Assembly (NCBI GenBank): GCA_964427455.1
Contig: CAYRUY010000002.1
Location: 3,474-67,473, forward strand
Origin: an uncultured Candidatus Bathyarchaeia archaeon
GTDB taxonomy: Archaea; Thermoproteota; CALKCG01; B24; JAWCPE01
Reading direction: 5' to 3'
Length of the DNA stretch: 64,000 bases
Shown one piece after another: positions 49,061-58,476 of this stretch. Position numbers and translations under genes: made by a program. Positions within the stretch are counted from its first letter, which is position 1. Each line of letters begins with the position of its first letter. Below the pieces are notes generated by a model that was given only the letters and a program-made list of their open reading frames with translations, made no database searches and was not told the DNA's origin.

Positions 49061-49528
49061 TTGGGCTTGCTGGTCAACTGTAGGAGAATCTCAAAGGGAG
49101 TGGCGCAGGGATTCGCGTTGGTCTCATCACAGCCGATCAGTTTCTTCGGAATGGTAGATCCCAAGAGCGGCATCATCGTAGACAAGAGCCACGAGCTGCT
49201 CGGCCGCTCGATCGCGAGGAAGGTTCTGATCTTCCCGCATGGAAAAGGCTCCACGGTCGGCTCCTACATCATATACCAGCTCGCGAGAGAGCGAAAAGCG
49301 CCCGCGGCGATGATATGCGAAGAGGCCGAGCCGATAGTGGCGGTGGGCGCGATAATAGCAGGCATACCGATGGTTGACCACCCGGAATCGTTTGACTTCA
49401 AGACCGGCGAATGGGTCAGGGTCGACGCGGACGGCCAGACGATAGAGACAACGGCATCGCGGCGAAACCTAGCCAAGGCGCCGCAAAGAGAGAGCAAGCG
49501 CTGTCGGCCGGGCTGCAGGCTGCCCTGA
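49061..49528 (+). CDS. Aconitase X small swivel subunit (DUF126)
   Basis: PISFFGMVDPKSG, FPHGKGSTVGSY, EPIVAVGAIIA.IP. Confidence 0.9.
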   Translation: MGLLVNCRRISKGVAQGFALVSSQPISFFGMVDPKSGIIVDKSHELLGRSIARKVLIFPHGKGSTVGSYIIYQLARERKAPAAMICEEAEPIVAVGAIIAGIPMVDHPESFDFKTGEWVRVDADGQTIETTASRRNLAKAPQRESKRCRPGCRLP

Positions 49529-49680
49529 TCCGCGAATACACGGGAGTTGAAGGTTGTGGCGCGGAGGGTTGTGCGCGGTAGAAACGAAAGAGTTTGGGGC
49601 TACGTTTTGGAAAAGCCCTATAGAGCTTTGGGAAAACCTGAATGAACCCTTATTATCTGACGGGCTGATGCTCGGCTGCA

Positions 49681-50046
49681 TTGACGATCCTCGAACTGGA
49701 GTCGCCTGGGCTCGAGGAGTTAGCGTGCAGATACTACCGGAGGCTAAGATACGCCGTTCGCAAGCAGGTGGAATTGGAGGGCCGGTCAGGGCGGCGCCAC
49801 AAGTTCGACCTCCTTCTGTCCGATAGCCGCGTTTCGAGAGTCGCCTGGGTGAAAGACTGGAACAGGTCTGTAGGCATCAACGTGGCAATCGCTCTTGACG
49901 TTGCGGCGAGTGACGTAAAGCTTCCGAGCCCCATAATGATCGCGAGAGAGTTCAGCGACGACGTGAAGTCTTACTCGAAAAGGCGGGGGCTCGCCTTGCT
50001 GATGAGAAGAGAGATACTGACGACCCTTGGGCTAGACCGTCAATGA
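49681..50046 (+). CDS. Small Mrr/restriction-endonuclease-fold protein
   Basis: V.LEGRSG..HKFDLL...VKDW.RSVGIN...LD..A.DV...MIAREFS, a PD-(D/E)XK-like pattern. Confidence 0.55.
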   Translation: MTILELESPGLEELACRYYRRLRYAVRKQVELEGRSGRRHKFDLLLSDSRVSRVAWVKDWNRSVGINVAIALDVAASDVKLPSPIMIAREFSDDVKSYSKRRGLALLMRREILTTLGLDRQ

Positions 50047-50705
50047 CGCTCAGACTCCCTTGTCGAGCTGCGGAGACTTCGAGCAAACCAAGTGTTGCCG
50101 GCGTGCCTGAAACGCCTCTCCGGGTCAGCCCAGAGGGCCATCGCCAGATTTCTCACAGAGGGGATCTCGAAGCCCCAGGCAACCAGACGAAAGTACAAGT
50201 CCTTGGAGCTGAGGCCGCGGCTTTCGCTTAGGACTTGGAGTGCGACCTCTCTGATGTCGCCGATAACCTCCAGGTAGGCGGGCCTCACTCTTCCTGGCTT
50301 GGGAAGCCTCCATTCGCGCATCAAGGGCTCGTACATGTCGTTAGGCTTCTCCACGTGTTCAAAACGGCTCAGGGCTACCGCCAACCGTTGAGCGATCAGG
50401 TGATAGCAGAGGAAAGCCTTGCCTTGGAGCACCTTGAAGTAGAAGTCGTCGCAGCTGCAGAAAGGCGCAACGGGGAGAACCTCGTACTCTCTGCTACGGC
50501 CTAGGACGATCCAGACGACACGGCTGCTAGGTTGGAAAACGTATCTCTTGACCCTGCCTTTGTCGACAGCTTCGCGGGCGAGCTGAATACGGTTGGGGAA
50601 CAGAGCGGAGAGTCTCGACCCGATCTCGTCAGTTATCCCAGCTAGTCGAGATATCTCCGCACAGGCCTCTTCGAACTGCTCAAACTGGTCGCCGCAAGAC
50701 GCAAC
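50040..50705 (-). CDS. SWIM zinc-finger protein with C-terminal winged-helix-like domain; start non-canonical or uncertain
   Basis: In-frame upstream extension of ORF 50040..50432 contains RVKRYVFQPS.RVVWIV.G...EY...FCSCDDFYF...CYHL (SWIM). Frame closed by TGA 50709-50711. Confidence 0.7.
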   Translation of the reverse strand, partial: VASCGDQFEQFEEACAEISRLAGITDEIGSRLSALFPNRIQLAREAVDKGRVKRYVFQPSSRVVWIVLGRSREYEVLPVAPFCSCDDFYFKVLQGKAFLCYHLIAQRLAVALSRFEHVEKPNDMYEPLMREWRLPKPGRVRPAYLEVIGDIREVALQVLSESRGLSSKDLYFRLVAWGFEIPSVRNLAMALWADPERRFRHAGNTWFARSLRSSTRESERH

Positions 50706-50820
50706 GACTCACCTCTTTCCCAGCTGAAAGGTTCGTCGACGTACTCAAGCTTTCCTCCGAAGGATTCAAGTTTATCTGCGTCTCCCCCGCTCGATTGAGG
50801 GGCCATCGAGAGACCTAAAC

Positions 50821-51720
50821 GTGGTGTCCGTGAAGGTTGCGATCCTGACGCGGAATGCGAATGCATGGTGCTCCTTACAGTTGAAGCAGGCTTTTGCCAG
50901 GCTGGGTGTGGAGCCCACCTCCTACAGTTTCAGGGACTTGTGTGCATGGGTTGCTCACGCTCGTGGGATCGAGGTGGGCGAGGTCCAAGTCACGAAGGAC
51001 ATCGACGCGATGGTTGTCAGGCCGATCGGCGGCGGGTCAGCTGAAGAGATCTTCTTTAGAATGGACCTCCTTCGACGTGTTGAGAAGGAGGGCGTTTACG
51101 TCGTGAACGCGGCGGCCGCGATAGAGAGAGCGGCCGACAAGTACTATGCGCTAACGCTGCTTCACGACCGTGGACTCCCTGTGCCACGCACCTTGGTTGC
51201 AGAGGACCCCGAGATGGCACTCAGGGCCTTCGACGAGTTCAATGGTGACCTCGTCGTCAAGCCACTCTTCGGATCGAGGGGCGTGGGCGTAACGAGGGTA
51301 CGCGACAAGGAGGTTGCGCGCAGAGTATGCCGCACCCTGGCCTACTTCCACCATGTCCTCTACCTTCAGGAGTTCGTCCCACACGGCTACTCAGACCTCA
51401 GGGTCTTTGTTGTTGGGGACCAGGCCGTAGCAGCTATGAAGCGCGCAGCTACATGGTGGAAGACCAACGTCGCTCAGGGCGCAAGGCCGCATTCCCACGT
51501 CGTATCAAGAGAGGAGAAACGCCTCGCCGTTGAAGCCGCCCAAGCACTAGGGTGTGCGGTGGCGGGGGTCGATATCATGAAGACAAGACGAGGAGACTTC
51601 TGTGTCAACGAGGTGAACAGCCAACCCGACTGGAGGGGTCTTCAGTCCGTAACGCCTATCTCCATCGCTGAGAAGATCGCCGAGCACGTGAGGCGCGCTG
51701 CGAAGGACCACGCCTCGTGA
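50821..51720 (+). CDS. RimK-family ATP-grasp alpha-L-glutamate ligase (MptN/CofF-like)
   Basis: DKYYAL..L...GLPVPRT, VVKPLFGSRG.GV, YLQEFV, DLRVFVVG, WKTNVAQG, GVDI, NEVNSQP. Confidence 0.88.
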   Translation: MVSVKVAILTRNANAWCSLQLKQAFARLGVEPTSYSFRDLCAWVAHARGIEVGEVQVTKDIDAMVVRPIGGGSAEEIFFRMDLLRRVEKEGVYVVNAAAAIERAADKYYALTLLHDRGLPVPRTLVAEDPEMALRAFDEFNGDLVVKPLFGSRGVGVTRVRDKEVARRVCRTLAYFHHVLYLQEFVPHGYSDLRVFVVGDQAVAAMKRAATWWKTNVAQGARPHSHVVSREEKRLAVEAAQALGCAVAGVDIMKTRRGDFCVNEVNSQPDWRGLQSVTPISIAEKIAEHVRRAAKDHAS

Positions 51721-51840
51721 GCTAGCGTTGCTTCCTAAGAGGTCACCGCGACCGGTCTGCCCGAAGGCTTTGGTCCACGCTCACGGAGCTGCACGAAGGA
51801 GAGGTAGAGTGGCTAGGTTTCTGGTCGCACTCAGGATCGC

Positions 51841-52461
51841 GTGAGCCCCTTGCTCGTCTCGTTGATCGTCTTGGCCGGGGGCGCTTCTACACGGTTCGGC
51901 AAGGACAAGGCGCTTCTCCAGATAGCGGGTCAACCCATGATCGCGCGAGTGGTCACGAGGGCGGCCTGCGTGGCTGACGAGGTCATTGTGACCGCGAACT
52001 CGCACAAGAGAGCAGCTGCTCTACGCAGAGCGCTCGGCTCCAAAGCCCGTGTCGTCCTCGACGCGTTCCCTGAGGGTGGGCCGCTCGTAGGTTCGGCGAC
52101 CGGCCTCCAACACGCGCGCGCAGAACTGTCAGTCGTGCTCGCTGACGATCTGCCCTTTGTCTCAGGAAGTGTTCTGGAGGCGTTGCTCCAGCTTTGCTCG
52201 CCCACGACAGAGGCGGTTGTTCCTCGTTGGCCAAACGGCTTCATCGAGCCTCTTCACGCCGTCTACAGAACCACGCCCTGCCTCGCGGCCGCTAGGAGGG
52301 CCATCAAAGAAGGTGGCCGCAGGATGGCATCGATGATCGAGAGACTAGGGTATGTCGTATGGGAACCGACGGAGGGCCTACGTAGGCTCGATCCCCAGCT
52401 CTTGACGTTCCTCAACGTCAACACCCACGAGGATCTTGAGAGGATCAAGGGCTTGCTTTGA
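51841..52461 (+). CDS. mobA: Molybdenum cofactor guanylyltransferase
   Basis: VLAGGASTRFGKDKALL, GGPL.G, DDLPF, EPLHAVY, FLNVNT.EDL. Confidence 0.88.
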   Translation: MSPLLVSLIVLAGGASTRFGKDKALLQIAGQPMIARVVTRAACVADEVIVTANSHKRAAALRRALGSKARVVLDAFPEGGPLVGSATGLQHARAELSVVLADDLPFVSGSVLEALLQLCSPTTEAVVPRWPNGFIEPLHAVYRTTPCLAAARRAIKEGGRRMASMIERLGYVVWEPTEGLRRLDPQLLTFLNVNTHEDLERIKGLL

Positions 52462-52507
52462 CCACCCGCGTGGAGGCAGACAGAAACGCTTGACTTGGGC
52501 AGTCAGG

Positions 52508-53245
52508 TCAGCGGAAAAGGTCCTCTTCGATAGGTCTTACGAGGTCTCTGGCTGACCCGACGCCGCGGGCTAGGGTGCATCCTTTCACTATGGCAACTGG
52601 CACTGCTTCGGCCTTGCCCATGACTAGTTCCGCTGCCGCCGCAAGCTCATCGGCGACGGCAATTGAGGTCACCTTAAGGACGTAGCCGAACATATCCTTC
52701 TCGCCTCGATGATCTCGGATTGGCCGGATGCCGGCCACGCCGATCGCGACATCGACCTGTCCCATTCTCCAGGCCCGTCCGAACGTGTCGGATACTATGA
52801 CGCCAACGTCTACGCCAGCTAGACACCGTAAGCCCTCCTTGATACGTGCAGCCGAGCGGTCTGGGTCTTCAGGCAACAATGAGGCAACCTCCCCTCCTGA
52901 CACGTTCGAGAGGTCAACGCCAGCGTTGGCACAGACGAAGCCGTGCTTGGTCTCCATGATGAGGTGGCCGTCTCTCATCCTCACAACCCTCCTTGCCTCT
53001 CTGAGAACCAACTCGACGTGTCGAGCGTCCTTGCCCTCCACGGCGGCCACCTGGCTAGCGAACTTGGACGGTTTCACATCTGCGAGCGCCACGAGCCTAT
53101 TCTCAGCCTTGGAGACAACCTTCTGGGCAACCACGATGACATCGCCGCTCTCAAGGGCCACATCATTGTGTCGAGCAGCTTCGACGATCATCTTCGCCAA
53201 GTCGTCGCCGGGCTTGACTAACGGCATTCCTTGCAGACCGATCAC
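52508..53245 (-). CDS. cofE: Coenzyme F420-0:L-glutamate ligase
   Basis: GDDL, QKVVSKAE, ETKHGFVCANAGVD.SN, LPEDPD.SA, SDTFGRAWR.GQVDVAIG, ADELAAAAELVMG. Confidence 0.92.
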   Translation of the reverse strand: MIGLQGMPLVKPGDDLAKMIVEAARHNDVALESGDVIVVAQKVVSKAENRLVALADVKPSKFASQVAAVEGKDARHVELVLREARRVVRMRDGHLIMETKHGFVCANAGVDLSNVSGGEVASLLPEDPDRSAARIKEGLRCLAGVDVGVIVSDTFGRAWRMGQVDVAIGVAGIRPIRDHRGEKDMFGYVLKVTSIAVADELAAAAELVMGKAEAVPVAIVKGCTLARGVGSARDLVRPIEEDLFR

Positions 53246-53532
53246 TCGGATCGTTGCTGAACACCTCGACTCTCCAGCCCTATCAGCCGGGTAGACATGT
53301 TATAAGCGCTGCCTAGAGGCAGGCGCACGTCTCAGCCTCCTTGCCAGGGGTGACATTTCCGCTGGCCACTCCTGCGGTCTTGCATGTCCAATGCGACATG
53401 TTTTTATCAAGACGTCCACACCTACTGGACAGACTGCCAAAACCGCGTAGTCCTAGCTGAGTCCAAGCAGGCTAGCGCGCTGGTTCAACAGAAGAGCAGG
53501 CAACAGGTACGGGTTTCGGGAAAGGAGAGGCA

Positions 53533-55098
53533 ATGAGCCTAAGGTTCATGCTCGAAGCGGTGTTGCACGCGAGCGGCGACCTAGAGGGCATAGCCGCTGA
53601 CATCGGAGAGTGGATCGGGGAGGCCAACGAGACCATACTTGTCAAGGGTGTGCCACGAGCGAAGCGAGACGAGGCCGCTAGGATCACAGGGTGGAATCTC
53701 CAGGGAAGCGCCCTGCGACTTTCCATCTCGTCGGGGAGGAGGGTCAGGGCCCATGACGGGCTCGTAAGGCTTCGTAACTTCCTAGCATCAAGGCTGGGCG
53801 AGAAGCACCGAATCGGGCTTCGAGCGCTGAGCGTCACGAGATACACGGTAGAGGCCCAGAGCCCCGGCGTCACAATCGAGGAGGCGCAGAGAGTCATTGG
53901 AGACTTGGCGAGGATCAGGGCGTTCGAGAACAGGCTGGTTATCGAGTTCAGCGACCTGACAGAGAAGGACCTTGAGAGCAGGCTTGTCGACCGAATCCTC
54001 CGCCAGATCGAGGCCAAGCCAGAACCCATGAAGGGGGCGAAGCTTGTGCCACTTGGGACGGTGCTCGCCCAGACGCCCCACAAGCCCATCAGCGAGACGA
54101 GAAATGCGACTGAGACCGCTGAGAGTCTGGGCTGGGTCAAGAGGTTTCCGGGGCGAGGTCAATGGATCTTCACCGCGCCAATGGCTGCGCTTGTGATGGG
54201 GATAAGCGACCTGATCATCGACAACGTGTTGAGGCCCATGGGCTTTGAGGAATGGATGCTCCCGAAGCTAACGCCGTTTGAGGTCATGGCCAGAATGCCA
54301 GGCTACTTCGACCACCTCGCGGAGGGAATGATATACGCGTGCACGCCGCCAAGGAACCCAGGGGCCCTAGGGGAGTTCAAGAGGGACTTTCAGCTACGCA
54401 GAACCATTGGCGTTGACGCTTTGAAGAGGGAGCTGAGCGACCCAAGCTACGTCTTGGAGCCTGCGCAATGCTCCCCATTCTACCAGCTATTCTCAGGGGA
54501 GACGGTCGCCTTGGACGAGCTGCCCGTGAAGGCGTACGATGCAAGCGGCTGGACCTGGAGATGGGAAGGACAGGCTACAACTGGCCTTGAGAGAACGATT
54601 GAGTTCTACCGGGTCGAGTCGGTCTGGCTTGCTGAGCCAGAGGAGGCCTTGGAGATCAGGGACAAGGAGGCTGAGGCATCGTTGAAGTTCGCCGACAAGG
54701 CCTTGGACCTCGAGGCGAGATTGGTGGTCGGCGCGCCGTTCTATATGACCTCGGACGAGGCTGCCAAGACGCTGGTGGACATCTCGGACCCAGCCAACTA
54801 TCCCACGGTCGATATCGAGGCTTGGCTCCCATACCGAGGCGCAAGAGAGAGCTCGGAGTGGCTTGAGATAGGAGGCGCGTTTACATGCGCGAAGGACAAG
54901 TACGTCAAGAGCTTCGCAGTAAGGGAGGCGAAGAACAGACCCATATGGACAGGGTGCGGAGGCTTTGGGATCACACGCTGGGCTACCGCGTTGCTGGCCC
55001 AACACGGCTTTGAGTTTAACGAGTGGCCTAGGGAACTCAGGCAGAGATTGGAGACGCCTCGCAAGCCCCTCAGACTCGTCACCTGGCCCAGAGCCTGA
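53533..55098 (+). CDS. serS: Seryl-tRNA synthetase, type 2 (methanogen-type)
   Basis: SGRRVRAHDG N-domain, GWVKRFPGRGQW, AQCSPFY, WRWEG, EFYRVE, WTGCGGFG.TRW (Cys/Glu/Cys Zn ligands). Confidence 0.9.
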   Translation: MSLRFMLEAVLHASGDLEGIAADIGEWIGEANETILVKGVPRAKRDEAARITGWNLQGSALRLSISSGRRVRAHDGLVRLRNFLASRLGEKHRIGLRALSVTRYTVEAQSPGVTIEEAQRVIGDLARIRAFENRLVIEFSDLTEKDLESRLVDRILRQIEAKPEPMKGAKLVPLGTVLAQTPHKPISETRNATETAESLGWVKRFPGRGQWIFTAPMAALVMGISDLIIDNVLRPMGFEEWMLPKLTPFEVMARMPGYFDHLAEGMIYACTPPRNPGALGEFKRDFQLRRTIGVDALKRELSDPSYVLEPAQCSPFYQLFSGETVALDELPVKAYDASGWTWRWEGQATTGLERTIEFYRVESVWLAEPEEALEIRDKEAEASLKFADKALDLEARLVVGAPFYMTSDEAAKTLVDISDPANYPTVDIEAWLPYRGARESSEWLEIGGAFTCAKDKYVKSFAVREAKNRPIWTGCGGFGITRWATALLAQHGFEFNEWPRELRQRLETPRKPLRLVTWPRA

Positions 55099-55188
55099 GC
55101 AGGACAAGGCCTTGCCCGGACGAGTGGCTCACCCTAGTTGAGCTGTTGAGGACCCTCCTTGCACGTGTTGAGGGCCTGCTGGGGCTGT

Positions 55189-55644
55189 CTAGCCAGTGAT
55201 GTCTATGTCGAGGCGTTCCTTGACAGACCTTAGAACGATCATCGTCGTTGTTGAGATTATCCCCGGGGTTGCTCCTATGGCATCGATGACACCTGCTAGG
55301 CTCTGCCTATCCTTTGTCTTCACTTTGAGAACTGCGTAGTATTCCCCTGTGACGTCGTATATCTCGGCTATCTCTTTGATCGCTGAGAGTCTTTTCAAGG
55401 CCTCCTCATACCTTGACGGATCAGCCTTCAGGCAGATTATCGCCTTCAGGCCCAGCCCGACCTTCTCCGCGTCAAGCACAGTGTAGAAGCCCTTAACTAC
55501 TCTATCCTTCACCAGCTTCCTAACCCGTAGGTGCACGGTGCCCTCACTCACACCGGCGTTCTTCGCTATCGCCGCGAATGAAGCTCGCGCGTTGGTCTGA
55601 AGCTCCGAAAGAATCTGTCTGTCTATGTTGTCAAGCTCAGCCAA
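55189..55644 (-). CDS. Lrp/AsnC-family transcriptional regulator
   Basis: LDNIDRQIL.ELQ.NARAS...IA...GVSEGTV..RVRKL HTH and VTGEYY RAM domain. TTG 55644 chosen as start. Confidence 0.92.
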   Translation of the reverse strand: MAELDNIDRQILSELQTNARASFAAIAKNAGVSEGTVHLRVRKLVKDRVVKGFYTVLDAEKVGLGLKAIICLKADPSRYEEALKRLSAIKEIAEIYDVTGEYYAVLKVKTKDRQSLAGVIDAIGATPGIISTTTMIVLRSVKERLDIDITG

Positions 55645-55779
55645 GATGACACCTTGAAGACAGGCGTTAGCCCAGCTTTCGCCTCGAAGCCATATAAGGC
55701 TAGGCGTCACTTGAACCTCTGGTAGCGTAGGGCAAGGAGAAGAAGACAGCGCACTTCACGAGACCAAGGGGGTGACGCT

Positions 55780-56550
55780 ATCGCAGAGCTTGGCATTCTA
55801 AGAGCCATCCTTAAGGCGACGAAGGCGGGACCGACCTCAGTCCTCCAGGTGGCGGAAGAGGCCCGAGTTCCCCGGCAGGTTGCCGCTGCCAAGCTACGCC
55901 GACTGAGAGGAGAACGCCTGATCGAGATGACCGGCGGCGTTGTGACAGTCGACGAACAGCAGCGGGCGGAACTCCTACTTAAGGCGATATCAGCGGGAGG
56001 CGACCTCGAGGAGACATCAAAGCTGTTGGAGTGGGGCGAGTTCGAGAGGCTTGTGGAAGGAATAGTGAGACAACACTCCTACTCTGCAGTGTTGAACTTC
56101 AGGTTCAAACGTGGCCGCAAGTTGTGGCAGACGGATGTTCTCGCCTCGAAGGAGCCTCTAGTGCTTTGCATTGACTGCAAGCATCTGCGAAGCAGGCAGG
56201 CTGCTGCCCTACGGAGGGCGGTTGAGCTGAACGCCCGAAGAGCTCGGGATCTAGCCGAGGAGCTCCCGCGCCTCAAACGAAGAGTGGCTACCCGGACTTG
56301 GAGAAAAGCGGCCGTCATTCCTTTGATTGTCACGTTGAAGCCCGCACCTTGGAGAACCCACGAGGCTATGCCAATTGTGGCTGTCAACCAACTGCGCGAC
56401 TTCCTCGACGGCATCCCGGCCGAAGCGAGTCACTTCATAGGGTTCAACCGAAGCTTGATGGGCACTGAGGCGCCTCTAGCCGAACCCCTCAGTGGCCGGG
56501 AAACAGTTGCTCCCAAGGACCACATCGAGAGCCGGGGCCGTCTCACCTAG
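55780..56550 (+). CDS. Winged-helix plus Mrr/PD-(D/E)XK nuclease-fold protein; start uncertain
   Basis: EWGEFERLV..., QTDVLA.K...LCIDCKH. HTH-like segment ELGILRAILKATKAGPTSVLQVAEE extends upstream of GTG 55849 to ATC 55780, after GGGGGTGA. Confidence 0.65.
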   Translation: MAELGILRAILKATKAGPTSVLQVAEEARVPRQVAAAKLRRLRGERLIEMTGGVVTVDEQQRAELLLKAISAGGDLEETSKLLEWGEFERLVEGIVRQHSYSAVLNFRFKRGRKLWQTDVLASKEPLVLCIDCKHLRSRQAAALRRAVELNARRARDLAEELPRLKRRVATRTWRKAAVIPLIVTLKPAPWRTHEAMPIVAVNQLRDFLDGIPAEASHFIGFNRSLMGTEAPLAEPLSGRETVAPKDHIESRGRLT

Positions 56551-57080
56551 ACATGCATTTGAGCTCTTTCGCGGTAGGCCTTCTTGAAAAGCTCCTCTAG
56601 ACGCCTTGCCAGCTCGCCGTCAACCTCGCCTTCGCTCCGCGTAAGCATCCTCTTCACCTCATGTGTCGATTCGGGAGAGTACTTGCCGACCCCATGAGCA
56701 ATGATGGCTCCGGAGTCGGTTTGGGGGAAGACTGCTTGGAAGATGAACGGGTTGCCGGTTAGCGTGAGCCTCCTCCGGATCTCCTCGTCGATGTTCCTGA
56801 TCTCAACGCCTAAGGACATGAACTCCATTGGATTGACTGGTTTTGACTTGAGCTGCCAAAGCTCTGGGCCCCTGTGCGATATGAAGAGGTCGAGTTTACC
56901 CTGGTCGTCGGGGGCGGCAAGGACGCTCCATCCTCGCCGGTCTCTGTCGTAGAGCCGTTTGATGCGCCGGATAAGCTCACCTGCGGGCTCGACTTTCAAC
57001 CCCGCGTTCCCAACATGGGGTATCCTGCCCGGGTGCTTATAAGGAGTGATGGGCCTCAAGTGAGCGTCACATCTACCCAT
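56547..57080 (-). CDS. Conserved hypothetical protein
   Basis: 177 aa ORF with natural composition filling the space between two real genes; no motif recognised. Confidence 0.6.
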   Translation of the reverse strand: MGRCDAHLRPITPYKHPGRIPHVGNAGLKVEPAGELIRRIKRLYDRDRRGWSVLAAPDDQGKLDLFISHRGPELWQLKSKPVNPMEFMSLGVEIRNIDEEIRRRLTLTGNPFIFQAVFPQTDSGAIIAHGVGKYSPESTHEVKRMLTRSEGEVDGELARRLEELFKKAYRERAQMHV

Positions 57081-57281
57081 GTGCGTGTCCCCCGCAGTGA
57101 GGGGGTTCCGTTCCCTCGTCGGTCAAGCGAATTGACGACGGGCGGACATGCTAGGCCCCTTCATCGGTAGAACGTTGGGCGAGCCCCGAGTCTCAGGACT
57201 TAGACTGACGATGGGCGTAACTGATAAATAGCTTCCTCGATTCAGCTTGAATGCCTCTGAGATATATCGGGACGTGCTTCT

Positions 57282-58370
57282 GTGAAAGCGGTTGTACTGG
57301 CCGGGGGATTCGGGACTCGTCTTCGGCCTTTAAGTTGCACCCGGTCTAAGCCGATGTTCCCCATAGCGAACAAGCCTATCCTTGCTTGGATCATTGAGGG
57401 GCTGGCTGAGGCCGGGGTTGAAGAGGCCATTCTCGCCGTCAACTACCTTGCTAACAACATCCAGTCATACTTTGGCAGCAAGTTCAACGGGGTCAGGATC
57501 AAGTATGCGCACGAGAGCCGGCCGATGGGCACAGGTGGCCCTTTGTGGGCAGCACGACGATGGGTGAAGGATGGTCATTCATTCCTCATGCTTTATGGCG
57601 ACATCTTCTCCGCATTCAGCTACTCTGAACTAATCGATTTCCATGACAGGAACGGCGCGACAGCGACCTTGGCGCTCTGCGAGATTGAGGATGTCAGCAT
57701 GTACGGGGTGGCAGAGATGGACTCGAACGGTCAAGTCTCGCGTTTCCTAGAGAAGCCCGAGCCCTGGGAAAGCAAGAGTCGTTTGATAAACGCGGGCGCC
57801 TTCGTTCTCGACCCATCTGTGTACAAGTATCTCCCTGGCCGCGGAAGGTTCTCGATGGAGAGGCAGGTATTCCCGAGGCTAGCCTCGGAGGGGAGGCTAT
57901 TTGGGCACGTGTTCAAGGAGCCTTGGACCGACGTAGGTCGACCCGCGGACTACCTGTCCGCAAACTTCCTCGCCTTGGAAAGATGCAAGCCTGTGCATGG
58001 GCCTAGTAGCCGTGTTGATGCAGGCGCCACAATCGTCGAACCCGTGGCGCTGGGGGCGCGTGTGAGGGTCAAGCGTGGGAGTCGGATAGGGCCCTACGTC
58101 TCCATCGGTGACTTAGTGGTCGTCCAAGAGGGGGGAAGAATCGAGAGGTCTGTCGTCATGCCTCAAGCAGTTATCGGAGAGCACTCTTCGATCCGTGGCG
58201 CGATCGTGGGTGAGCGCGCCTCGGTCGGTGCCTGGGTGAAGGTGGAAGATGGGGCGATAATCGGGGACCACGTGCAGATACTGGACAACGTCACCGTCAC
58301 TAAGGGCTGCCTGATCTGCCCTTTCAAGGAGCTCTCTGAGAGCGTCCTTGAGGAAACCCACGTCATGTGA
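57282..58370 (+). CDS. NDP-sugar synthase (sugar-1-phosphate nucleotidyltransferase, mannose-1-P guanylyltransferase-like)
   Basis: LAGGFGTRLRPL, KPMFPIANKP, MGTGG, YGD, FLEKP, INAG, W.DVG.PADY, C-terminal hexapeptide repeats. Confidence 0.9.
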   Translation: MKAVVLAGGFGTRLRPLSCTRSKPMFPIANKPILAWIIEGLAEAGVEEAILAVNYLANNIQSYFGSKFNGVRIKYAHESRPMGTGGPLWAARRWVKDGHSFLMLYGDIFSAFSYSELIDFHDRNGATATLALCEIEDVSMYGVAEMDSNGQVSRFLEKPEPWESKSRLINAGAFVLDPSVYKYLPGRGRFSMERQVFPRLASEGRLFGHVFKEPWTDVGRPADYLSANFLALERCKPVHGPSSRVDAGATIVEPVALGARVRVKRGSRIGPYVSIGDLVVVQEGGRIERSVVMPQAVIGEHSSIRGAIVGERASVGAWVKVEDGAIIGDHVQILDNVTVTKGCLICPFKELSESVLEETHVM

Positions 58371-58476
58371 ACGAGACCACTTCTGTCGCCTACACGTCTT
58401 GGTTGAGAGGACCCTGTGCCTGCGTGAACACGATGGAGGCGCGTTCTCCTTGCACCATAAGGGCGAATACGTTGAG

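Noticed and set aside
53245-53275. ACG start for cofE (GAGGTG plus 7 nt)
   Set aside because: It would add only three residues and GTG 53245 is adequate; too ambiguous to call.
53440-53495. tRNA-like fragment upstream of serS (GGTTCAAC)
   Set aside because: No T stem or acceptor pairing and no anticodon arm can be built.
57085-57220. tRNA, split tRNA, 5S rRNA, SRP or RNase P RNA
   Set aside because: No T-loop (TTCRA), no matching acceptor halves, no SRP helix-8 or RNase P P4 motifs. Kept only as an unassigned structured region.
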